A stretch of DNA of 64,000 nt from the human T2T-CHM13v2.0 reference genome, Homo sapiens. The notes under the pieces were generated by a model that worked only from the letters and a program-made list of their open reading frames with translations, did no database searches and had not been told where the DNA came from. Shown here piece by piece: positions 42,921 through 56,300 of the stretch. Position 1 is the first letter of the stretch. Each line of letters opens with the position of its first letter. The stretch lies in assembly GCF_009914755.1 (NCBI RefSeq), contig NC_060948.1, one strand, 5' to 3'. Made by a program: the position numbers and the translations under genes.

Positions 42921-45900
42921 GTAATGAACTTTAATGGAATGTACTCGAATGGATTCGACTGGAATGGAATGTTCTGGAAGTGAATGGACTCCAATGGAAT
43001 GGATTCAAAAGGAATGGAATCGTACGGAATGGAATCTAATGGAATGGAATTAAATGGAAATGAATCAAATTGAATAGCACGGAATTGAATTGAATGGAAT
43101 GGAATGCAATGGAATCTAATGAAACGGAAAGGAAAGGAATGGAATGGAATGGAATGGACTGGAATGGAAAGGAATCGAAACGAATGGAATGGAATCAAAC
43201 TGAAGAGACTGGAATGGAATGCACTGGAATGGAAGGGAGTGTAATGGAAGGTTCTCGAAAAAAATGGAATCGAATGGAATGGAATTGAATGGAACGGAAT
43301 AGAGTCGAATGGAATTGAATGGAATGGAATGGACTAGAGTGAAATGGAATCGAACCACAAGGAATGGACAGGAATAGAATGGTCTCGAATTGAATGGAAT
43401 CGTATGGAATGGCATCAAACGGAATGGAATGGACAGCCACGGAATGGAATGCACTCGAATGCAATGGAGTCGAAACTAATGGACTGGAATAGAATGGACT
43501 CGACTGGTACGGACTCCAATGGAATGGAATCGAATGGAAGGGAATCGAAAGGAATGGACTCGAAGGGAAAAGACTGCAATGGAAAGGTCTCGAATGGAAT
43601 GGAAATTAATGGAATGGAATGGAATCGAATGAAATGGAGTCAAAAGGAATGGAATCGAATGGCAAGAAATCGAATGTAATGGAATCGCAAGGAATTGATG
43701 TGAACGGAATGGAATGGAATGGAATCCAAAGGAATGGAATAGAATGGAATGGAATCGAATGGAAAGGACTCGAATGGAAATCACTCGAATAGAATGCAAT
43801 TTAATAAAATAGGATCAAATGTAATGGAATGGAATGGAAAGGAATCGAAACGAAAGGAATGGAGACAGATGGAATGGAATAGAACAGAGAGCAATGGTAT
43901 AGAATGGAATGGAATCATCTGGAATGGAATTGAATGGAATGGAATAATATGAAATGGAATGGAATGGAATGGAATGGAATGCCCTTGAATTAAATGGACT
44001 GGAATGGAATGGACTCGAACAGAGTGGAATGGAAAGTGTTGAGATAGAATGGAATGGACTCCTTTGGAATGGTGTAGTATGCAATGCAATCGACTGGCAG
44101 GGAATCAAAAGGAATGTAATCGAATGGATTGGACTGGAATGCAATGGACTCGAATAGATTGCAAACGGAATGCAAAGGAATGGAATGGAATAGTATGGAA
44201 TGGAATGGAAAGGAATGGAGTGGAATAGACTAGAGTGGAATGGAATGGACTGGAAAGCAATGGACTGGAATGGAACTTTCTTGAATGGACTGGAATCAAA
44301 CGGAATGGAATGCAATGCAATCAAATGGCATGGAATAAAATAGAATGAAAGAGAATCAAATGGAATTGAATCGAATGGAATCGAATGGATTGGAAAGGAA
44401 TAGAATGGAATGGAATGGAATGGACTAGAATGGAATGGATTCGAATGGAAGGCAAAGGAATGGAATCTATTGGAATGGACTGTAATGGAATGGAATGGAA
44501 GGGATTGGAATGGACTCGAATGGAATGGACTGCAATAGAAAGGATTCGAATGGAATGAAAAAGAATTGAATGGAATAGAACAGAATGGAATCAAATCGAA
44601 TGAAATGGAATGGAATAGAAAGGAATGGAATGAAATGGAATGGAAAGGATTCGAATGGAATGCAATCGAATGGAATGGAATCGAACGGAATGGAATAAAA
44701 TGGAAGAAAACTGGCAAGAAATGGAATCGAAATGAATGGAGTGTTATGGAACGGACTCAAAAGGAATTGAATGTAATAGAATGGAGTGGAGTGGACTCGA
44801 ATATAATGGACTGGAATGGAATGAAATCACATGGAATGGGAACGAATGGAATGGAATGGAAAGGAATGGAATCGAATGGAAAGGAATCGAATGGAAGGGA
44901 ATGAAATTGAATCAACAGGAATGGAAGGGAATAGAATAGACGGTAATGGAATGGACTCGAATAGAATGGACACGAATGCTCAAATTGAATGGACTCGAAT
45001 GGAATGGAAACGAAAGGAATGTCATCGAATGGAATTGAATCGATTGGAATGAAATCGCATAGAATGGAGTGGAATCAAATGGAATTGAATCGAAAGGAAA
45101 GGAAGCGAATGGACTGAAATGAAATGGAATGGAATTGAATGGAAAGTAATGCAATGGAATAGAATGGAACGAAATTTCACGGAATGGAATCAAACTGAAT
45201 GGAATCAAATCAATGGAATCCAATCAAATGGAATGGAGTAGATTGGATTGAATGGGATTGGAATGAAATGTACTGGAAAGGACTCGAATTTCATGAAACG
45301 GAATGGAATGAATTGGAACGGAATGGACTCGAATGGAATGGAATGTCATAGAATGGCATCAAATGGAATGGCATCAAATGGAATGGAATCGAATGCAATG
45401 GAATGCTATGGAATGGAATGGAATGCATTGGAATGGAATGTCCTCTAATGGAATGGATTCGAGTGGAATGGAATTGAATATAATGGAGTCGAATGAAATG
45501 GAATTGAAAGGAATGGGATCGAATACAATGGAATATACTGGAATGTAATGTAATTAACTGGAATGTAATTGAATGGAATGGAATGTACATGAATGGAATG
45601 TAATCGAATGGAAAGTAATCCAATGGAATAGAATCTAATGCAATAAAATCGACTCAGATAGAGTAGAATGTAATGGAATGGAGTGCAGTGCAATGGAATG
45701 GAATGGAATGGAATGCAATGGAATGGAATGGAATGGAATGGAATGGAATGGAATGGGATGGAATGGTATGGAATGGATAGTAATGGACTGGAGTGAAATG
45801 GACTGGAAAGGAATGGACTCAAATTGAAAGGGCTCGAAAGGAATGGAGTCAAATGGAATGGTCTGGAATGGAATGAACACGAATGTAATGCAACCCAATA

Positions 45901-48900
45901 GAATGGAATCGAATGGCATGGAATATAAAGAAATGGAATCGAAGAGAATGGAAACAAATGGAATGGAATTGAATGGAATGGAATTGAATGGAATGGGAAC
46001 GAATGGAGTGAAATTGTATGCAGTAGAATGGAATAGAATGGAATGCAAGCGAAAGGAAAGGAATGGATTGGAATGGAATGGAATTCATTGGAATGGAAGG
46101 GAATGTAGTGTAATGGACAGGCCTGGAATAAAGTGGAATGCTACGGTCTCGAATGGAATAAAAATGTATGGAATGGAATGCAATGAAACGGAATCGAATG
46201 TCATAGAATGTAATGGAATGCAAAAAAATGGAATCCAAAATCATTGACTGGAAAGGCTGGGTGTCGAAAGGAATTGACTCCAATGGAATGGAATCGAATG
46301 GAATGGAAGTGAATAGAATCGAACTAAATCGAATGGAATGGAATTGATAGGAACGGAATGGAAAGGAATGCAATGATTTGGCATGGAATGGAATCGAATG
46401 GCATCGAATGGAATGGAATGGAATGCAATGGAATGGAATGTATTAGAATGTAATGAACATTAATGGAAGGTACTCGAATGGATTCGACTGGAATGGAATG
46501 TTCTGGAAGTGAATGGACTCCAATGGAATGGATTCGAAAGGAATGGAATCGAACGGAATGGATTCTAATGGAATGGAATTAAATGGAAATGAATCAAATT
46601 GAATAGCACGGAATTGAATTGAATGGAATCGAATGCAATGGAATCTAATGAAACGGAAAGGAAAGAATGGAATGGAATAGAATGGGCTGGAATGGAAAGG
46701 ATTCGAAACGAATGGAATGGAATCGAACTGAAGAGACTGGAATGGAATGCACTGGAATGGAAGGGAGTGTAATGGAAGGTTCTCGAAAAAAATGGAATCG
46801 AATGGAATGGAATTGAATGGAAAAGAATAGAGTCGAACGGAATTGAATGGAATGGAATGGACTAGAGTGAAATGGAATTGAACCACAAGGAATGGACTGG
46901 AATAGAATGGTCTCGAATTGAATGGAATCGTATGGAATGACATCAAACGGAATGGAATGGACAGCCACGGAATGGAATGCACTCGAATGCAATGGAGTCG
47001 AAACTAATGGACTGGAATAGAATGGACTCGACTGGTACGGACTCCAATGGAATGGAATCGAATGGAAGGGAATCGAACGGAAGGGAATCGGACGGAATGG
47101 ACTCGAAGGGAAAAGACTGCAATGGAAAGGTCTCGAATGGAATGGAAATTAATGGAATGGAATGGAATCGAATGAAATGGAGTCAAAAGGAATGGAATCG
47201 AATGGCAAGAAATCGAATGTAATGGAATCGCAAGGAATTGATGTGAACGGAACGGAATGGAATGGAATCCAAAGGAATGGAATAGAATGGAATGGAATCG
47301 AATGGAAAGGACTCGAATGGAAATCACTCGAATAGAATGCAATTTAATAAAATAGGATCAAATGTAATGGAATGGAATGGAAAGGAATCGAAACGAAAGG
47401 AATGGAGACAGATGGAATGGAATGGAACAGAGAGCAATGGTATAGAATGGAATGGAATCATCTGGAATGGAATTGAATGGAATGGAATAATATGAAATGG
47501 AATGGAATGGAATGGAATGGAATGCCCTTGAATTAAATGGACTGGAATGGAATGGACTCAAACAGAGTGGAATGGAAAGTGTTGAGATAGAATGGAATGA
47601 ACTTCTTTGGAATGGTCTAGTAGGCAATGCAATCGACTGGCAGGGAATCAAAAGGAATGTAATCGAATGGATTGGACTGGAATGCAATGGACTCGAATAG
47701 ATTGGAAACGGAATGCAAAGGAATGGAATGGAATAGTATGGAATGGAATGGAAAGGAATGGAGTGGAATAGACTAGAGTGGAATGGAATGGACTGGAAAG
47801 CAATGGACTGGAATGGAACTTTCTTGAATGGACTGGAATCAAACGGAATGGAATGCAATGCAATCAAATGGCATGGAATAAAATAGAATGAAAGAGAATC
47901 AAATGGAATTGAATCGAATGGAATCGAATGGATTGGAAAGGAATAGAATGGAATGGAATGGAATTGACTCAAATGGAATGGACTAGAATGGAATGGATTC
48001 GAATGGAAGGCAAAGGAATGGAATCTATTGGAATGGACTGTAATGGAATGGAATGGAAGGGATTGGAATGGACTCGAATGGAATGGACTGCAATAGAAAG
48101 GATTCGAATGGAATGAAAAAGAATTGAATGGAATAGAACAGAATGGAATCTAATCGAATGAAATGGAATGGAATAGAAAGGAATGGAATGAAATGGAATG
48201 AAAAGGATTCGAATGGAATGCAATCGAATGGAATGGAATCGAACGGAATGGAATAAAATGGAAGAAAACTGGCAAGAAATGGAATCGAAATGAATGGAGT
48301 GTTATGGAACGGACTCAAAAGGAATTGAATGTAATAGAATGGAGTGGAGTGGACTCGAATATAATGGACTGGAATGGAATGAAATCACATGGAATGGGAA
48401 CGAATGGAATGGAATGGAAAGGAATGGAATCGAATGGAAAGGAATCGAATGGAAGGGAATGAAATTGAATCAACAGGAATGGAAGGGAATAGAATAGACG
48501 GTAATGGAATGGACTCGAATAGAATGGACACGAATGCTCAAATTGAATGGACTCGAATGGAATGGAAACGAAAGGAATGTCATCGAATGGAATTGAATCG
48601 ATTGGAATGAAATCGCATAGAATGGAGTGGAATCAAATGGAATTGAATCGAAAGGAAAGGAAGCGAATGGACTGAAATGAAATGGAATGGAATTGAATGG
48701 AAAGTAATGCAATGGAATAGAATGGAACGAAATTTCACGGAATGGAATCAAACTGAATGGAATCAAATCAATGGAATCAAATCAAATGGAATGGAAAGGA
48801 ATTGAATGGAGTAGATTGGATTGGATGGGATTGGAATGAAATGTACTGGAAAGGACTCGAATTTCATGAAACGGAATGGAATGAATTGGAACGGAATGGA

Positions 48901-51900
48901 CTCGAATGGAATGGAATGTCATGGAATGGCATCAAATGGAATGGCATCAAATGGAATGGAATCGAATGCAATGGAATGCTATGGAATGGAATGGAATGCA
49001 TTGGAATGGAATGTCCTCTAATGGAATGGATTCGAGTGGAATGGAATCGAATATAATGGAGTCGAATGAAATGGAATTGAAAGGAATGGGATCGAATACA
49101 ATGGAATATACTGGAATGTAATGTAATGAACTCGAATGTAATTGACTGGAATGGAATGTAATCGAATGGAAAGTAATCCAATGGAATAGAATCTAATGCA
49201 ATAAAATCGACTCAGATAGAGTAGAATGTAATGGAATGGAGTGCAGTGCAATGGAATGGAATGGAATGGAATGCAATGGAATGGAATGGAATGGAATGGA
49301 ATGGAATGGAATGGAATGGAATGGAATGGGATGGAATGGTATGGAATGGATAGTAATGGACTGGAATGAAATGGACTGGAAAAGAATGGACTCAAATTGA
49401 AAGGGCTCGAAAGGAATGGAGTCAAATGGAATTGTCTGGAATGGAATGAACACGAATGTAATGCAATCCAATAGAATGGAATCGAATGGCATGGAATATA
49501 AAGAAATGGAATCGAAGAGAATGGAAACAAATGGAATGGAATTGAATGGAATGGAATTGAATGGAATGGGAACGAATGGAGTGAAATTGTATGCAGTAGA
49601 AGAGAATAGAATGGAATGCAAGCGAAAGGAAAGGAATGGATTGCAATGGAATGGAATTCATTGGAATGGAAGGGAATGTAGTGTAATGGACAGGCCTGGA
49701 ATAAAGTGGAATGCTACGGTCTCGAATGGAATAAAAATGTATGGAATGGAATGCAATGAAACGGAATCGAATGTCATAGAATGTAATGGAATGCAAAAAA
49801 ATGGACTCCAAAATCATTGACTGGAAAGGCTGGGGGTCGAAAGGAATTGACTGCAATGGAATGGAATCGAATGGAATGGAAGTGAATAGAATCGAACTAA
49901 ATCGAATGGAATGGAATTGATAGGAACGGAATGGAAAGGAATGCAATGATTTGGCATGGAATGGAATCGAATGGCATCAAATGGAATGGAATGGAATGCA
50001 ATGGAATGGAATGTATTAGAATGTAATGAACATTAATGGAATGTACTCGAATGGATTCGACTGGAATGGAATGTTCTGGAAGTGAATGGACTCCAATGGA
50101 ATGGATTCGAAAGGAATGGAATCGAACGGAATGGAATCTAATGGAATGGAATTAAATGGAAATGAATCAAATTGAATAGCACGGAATTGAATTGAATGGA
50201 ATCGAATGCAATGGAATCTAATGAAACGGAAAGGAAAGAATGGAATGGAATGGAATGGGCTGGAATGGAAAGGAATCGAAACGAATGGAATGGAATCGAA
50301 CTGAAGAGACTGGAATGGAATGCACTGGAATGGAAGGGAGTGTAATGGAAGGTTCTCGAAAAAAATGGAATCGAATGGAATGGAATTGAATGGAACGGAA
50401 TAGAGTCGCATGGAATTGAATGGAGTGGAATGGACTAGAGTGAAATGGAATCGAACGAAAAGGAATGGACAGGAATGGAATGGTCTCGAATTAAATGGAA
50501 TCGTATGGAATGGCATCAAACGGAATGGAATGGACAGCCACGGAATGGAATGCACTCGAATGCAATGGAGTCGAAACTAATGGACTGGAATAGAATGGAC
50601 TCGACTGGTATGGACTCCAATGGAATGGAATCGAATGGAAGGGAATCGAACGGAATGGACTCGAAGGGAAAAGACTGCAATGGAAAGGTCTCGAATGGAA
50701 TGGAAATTAATGGAATGGAATGGAATCGAATGAAATGGAGTCAAAAGGAATGGAATCGAATGGCAAGAAATCGAATGTAATGGAATCGCAAGGAATTGAT
50801 GTGAACGGAACGGAATGGAATGGAATCCAAAGGAATGGAATAGAATGGAATGGAATCGAATGGAAAGGACTCGAATGGAAATCACTCGAATAGAATGCAA
50901 TTTAATAAAATAGGATCAAATGTAATAGAATGGAATGGAAAGGAATCGAAACGGAAGGAATGGAGACAGATGGAATGGAATGGAACAGAGAGCAATGGTA
51001 TAGAATGGAATGGAATCATCTGGAATGGAATTGAATGGAATGGAATAATATGAAATGGAATGGAATGGAATGGAATGGAATGCCCTTGAATTAAATGGAC
51101 TGGACTCGAACAGAGTGGAATGGAAAGTGTTGAGATAGAATGGAATGGACTCCTTTGGAATGGTGTAGTATGCAATGCAATCGACTGGCAGGGAATCAAA
51201 AGGAATGTAATCGAATGGATTGGACTGGAATGCAATGGACTCGAATAGATTGGAAACGGAATGCAAAGGAATGGAATGGAATAGTATGGAATGCAATGGA
51301 AGGGAATGGAGTGGAATAGACTAGAGTGGAATGGAATGGACTGGAAAGCAATGGACTGGAATGGAACTTTCTTGGATGGACTGGAATCAAACGGAATGGA
51401 ATGCAATGCAATCAAATGGCATGGAATAAAATAGAATGAAAGAGAATCAAATGGAATTGAATCGAATGGAATCGAATGGATTGGAAATGAATAGAATGGA
51501 ATGGAATGGAATTGACTCAAATGGAATGGACTAGAATGGAATGGATTCGAATGGAAGGCAAAGGAATGGAATCTATTGGAATGGACTGTAATGGAATGGA
51601 ATGGAAGGGATTGGAATGGACTCGAATGGAATGGACTGCAATAGAAAGGATTCGAATGGAATGAAAAAGAATTGAATGGAATAGAACAGAATGGAATCAA
51701 ATCGAATGGAATGGAATGGAATAGAAAGGAATGGAATGAAATGGAATGGAAAGGATTCGAATGGAATGCAATCGAATGGAATGGAATCGAACGGAATGGA
51801 ATAAAATGGAAGAAAACTGGCAAGAAATGGAATCGAAATGAATGGAGTGTTATGGAATGGACTCAAATGGAATTGAATGTAATAGAATGGAGTGGAGTGG

Positions 51901-53369
51901 ACTCGAATATAATGGACTGGAATGGAATGAAATCACATGGAATGGGAACGAATGGAATGGAATGGAAAGGAATGGAATCGAATGGAAAGGAATCGAATGG
52001 AAGGGAATGAAATTGAATCAACAGGAATGGGAGGGAATAGAATAGACTGTAATGGAATGGACTCGAATAGAATGGACACGAATGCTCAAATTAAATTGAC
52101 TCGAATGGAATGGAAACGAAAGGAATGTCATCGAATGGAATTGAATCGATTGGAATGAAATCGCATAGAATGGAGTGGAATCAAATGGAATTGAATCGAA
52201 AGGAAAGGAAGCGAATGGACTGAAATGAAATGGAATGGAATTGAATGGAAAGTAATGCAATGGAATAGAATGGAACGAATTTTCACGGAATGGAATCAAA
52301 CTGAATGGAATCAAATCAATGGAATCAAATCAAATGGAATGGAAAGGAATTGAATGGAGTAGATGGGATTGGATGGGATTGGAATGAAATGTACTGGAAA
52401 GGACTCGAATTTCATGAAACGGAATGGAATGAATTGGAAAGGAATGGACTCGAATGGAATGGAATGTCATGGAATGGCATCAAATGGAATGACATCAAAT
52501 GGAATGGAATCGAATGCAATGGAATGCTGTGGAATGGAATGGAATGCATTGGAATGGAATGTCCTCTAATGGAATGGATTCGAGTGGAATGGAATTGAAT
52601 ATAATGGAGTCGAATGAAATGGAATTGAAAGGAATGGGATCGAATACAATGGAATATACTGGAATGTAACGTAATGAACTCGAATGTAATTGACTGGAAT
52701 GGAATGTACATGAATGGAATGTAATCGAATGGAAAGTAGTCCAATGGAATAGAATCTAATGCAATAAAATCGACTCAGATAGAGTAGAATGTAATGGAAT
52801 GGAGTGCAGTGCAATGGAATGGAATGGAATGGAATGCAATGGAATGGAATGGAATGGAATGGAATGGAATGGAATGGGATGGAATGGTATGGAATGGATA
52901 GTAATGGACTGGAGTGAAATGGACTGGAAAGGAATGGACTCAAATTGAAAGGTCGCGAAAGGAATGGAGTCAAATGGAATGGTCTGGAATGGAATGAACA
53001 CGAATGTAATGCAATCCAATAGAATGGAATCGAATGGCATGGAATATAAAGAAATGGAATCGAAGAGAATGGAAACAAATGGAATGAAATTGAATGGAAT
53101 GGAATTGAATGGAATGTGAACGAATGGAGTGAAATTGTATGCAGTAGAAGAGAATAGAATGGAATGCAAGCGAAAGGAAAGGAATGGATTGGAATGGAAT
53201 GGAATTCATTGGAATGGAAGGGAATGTAGTGTAATGGACAGGCCTGGAATAAAGTGGAATGCTACGGTCTCGAATGGAATAAAAATGTATGGAATGGAAT
53301 GCAATGAAACGGAATCGAATGTCATAGAATGTAATGGAATGCAAAAAAATGGAATCCAAAATCATTGAA

Positions 53370-56300
53370 TGGAAAGGCTGGGTGTCGAAAGGAATTGACT
53401 CCAATGGAATGGAATCGAATGGAATGGAAGTGAATAGAATCGAACTAAATCGAATGGAATGGAATTGATAGGAACGGAATGGAAAGGATTGCAATGATTT
53501 GGCATGGAATGGAATCGAATGGCATCGAATGGAATGGAATGGAATGCAATGGAATGGAATGTATTAGAATGTAATGAACTTTAATGGAATGTACTCGAAT
53601 GGATTCGACTGGAATGGAATGTTCTGGAAGTGAATGGACTCCAATGGAATGGATTCAAAAGGAATGGAATCGTACGGAATGGAATCTAATGGAATGGAAT
53701 TAAATGGAAATGAATCAAATTGAATAGCACGGAATTGAATTGAATGGAATGGAATGCAATGGAATCTAATGAAACGGAAAGGAAAGGAATGGAATGGAAT
53801 GGAATGGGCTGGAATGGAAAGGAATCGAAACGAATGGAATGGAATCGAAGTGAAGAGACTGGAATGGTATGCACTGGAATGGAAGGGAGTGTAATGGAAG
53901 GTTCTCGAAAAAAATGGAATCGAATGGAATGCAATTGAATGGAACGGAATAGAGTCGAATGGAATTGAATGGAATGGAATGGACTAGAGTGAAATGGAAT
54001 CGAACCACAAGGAATGGACAGGAATAGAATGGTCTCGAATTGAATGGAATCGTATGGAATGGCATCAAACGGAATGGAATGGACAGCCACGGAATGGAAT
54101 GCACTCGAATGCAATGGAGTCGAAACTAATGGACTGGAATAGAATGGACTCGACTGGTACGGACTCCAATGGAATGGAATCGAATGGAAGGGAATCGAAC
54201 GTAATGGACTCGAAGGGAAAAGACTGCAATGGAAAGGTCTCGAATGGAATGGAAATTAATGGAATGGAATGGAATCGAATGAAATGGAGTCAAAAGGAAT
54301 GGAATCGAATGGCAAGAAATCGAATGTAATGGAATCGCAAGGAATTGATGTGAACGGAACGGAATGGAATGGAATCCAAAGGAATGGAATAGAATGGAAT
54401 GGAAACGAATGGAAAGGACTCCAATGGAAATCACTCGAATAGAATGCAATTTAATAAAATAGGATCAAATGTAATAGAATGGAATGGAAAGGAATCGAAA
54501 CGGAAGGAATGGAGACAGATGGAATGGAATGGAACAGAGAGCAATGGTATAGAATGGAATGGAATCATCTGGAATGGAATTGAATGGAATGGAATGATAT
54601 GAAATGGAATGGAATGGAATGGAATGGAATGCCCTTGAATTAAATGGACTGGACTCGAACAGAGTGTAATGGAAAGTGTTGAGATAGAATGGAATGGACT
54701 CCTTTGGAATGGTGTAGTATGCAATGCAATCGACTGGCAGGGAATCAAAAGGAATGTAATCGAATGGATTGGACTGGAATGCAATGGACTCGAATAGATT
54801 GGAAACGGAATGCAAAGGAATGGAATGGAATAGTATGGAATGCAATGGAAGGGAATGGAGTGGAATAGACTAGAGTGGAATGGAATGGACTGGAAAGCAA
54901 TGGACTGGAATGGAACTTTCTTGGATGGACTGGAATCAAACGGAATGGAATGCAATGCAATCAAATGGCATGGAATAAAATAGAATGAAAGAGAATCAAA
55001 TGGAATTGAATCGAATGGAATCGAATGGATTGGAAAGGAATAGAATGGAATGGAATGGAATTGACTCAAATGGAATGGACTAGAATGGAATGGATTCGAA
55101 TGGAAGGCAAAGGAATGGAATCTATTGGAATGGACTGTAATGGAATGGAATGGAAGGGATTGGAATGGACTCGAATGGAATGGACTGCAATAGAAAGGAT
55201 TCGAATGGAATGAAAAAGAATTGAATGGAATAGAACAGAATGGAATCAAATCGAATGGAATGGAATGGAATAGAAAGGAATGGAATGAAATGGAATGGAA
55301 AGGATTCGAATGGAATGCAATCGAATGGAATGGAATCGAACGGAATGGAATAAAATGGAAGAAAACTGGCAAGAAATGGAATCGAAATGAATGGAGTGTT
55401 ATGGAACGGACTCAAAAGGAATTGAATGTAATAGAATGGAGTGGAGTGGACTCGAATATAATGGACTGGAATGGAATGAAATCACATGGAATGGGAACGA
55501 ATGGAATGGAATGGAAAGGAATGGAATCGAATGGAAAGGAATCGAATGGAAGGGAATGAAATTGAATCAACAGGAATGGAAGGGAATAGAATAGACTGTA
55601 ATGGAATGGACTCGAATAGAATGGACACGAATGCTCAAATTAAATGGACTCGAATGGAATGGAAACGAAAGGAATGTCATCGAATGGAATTGAATCGATT
55701 GGAATGAAATCGCATAGAATGGAGTGGAATCAAATGGAATTGAATCGAAAGGAAAGGAAGCGAATGGACTGAAATGAAATGGAATGGAATTGAATGGAAA
55801 GTAATGCAATGGAATAGAATGGAACGAAATTTCACGGAATGGAATCAAACTGAATGGAATCAAATCAATGGAATCAAATCAAATGGAATGGAAAGGAATT
55901 GAATGGAGTAGATGGGATTGGATGGGATTGGAATGAAATGTACTGGAAAGGACTCGAATTTCATGAAACGGAATGGAATGAATTGGAACGGAATGGACTC
56001 GAATGGAATGGAATGTCATGGAATGGCATCAAATGGAATGGCATCAAATGGAATGGAATCGAATGCAATGGAATGCTATGGAATGGAATGGAATGCATTG
56101 GAATGGAATGTCCTCTAATGGAATGGATTCGAGTGGAATGGAATTGAATGTAATGGAGTCGAATGAAATGGAATTGAAAGGAATGGGATCGAATACAATG
56201 GAATATACTGGAATGTAACGTAATGAACTCGAATGTAATTGACTGGAATGGAATGTACATGAATGGAATGTAATCGAATGGAAAGTAATCCAATGGAATA

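Larger units (their letters stand above)
28445..47010 (+). repeat. Multi-unit duplicate of ~4450-23000 (offset ~24.0 kb)
   Basis: Colinear markers at +23,992 to +24,013: gggcacg, actcgattgg (9681/33677), the 903-bp deletion, the type B pair, agattgcaaa (~20143/44156), 15-bp deletions (~20400/44415 and ~21220/45235), tgtcataga, and a 1-bp deletion in ggaaagaat (~22656/46665). Confidence 0.88.
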
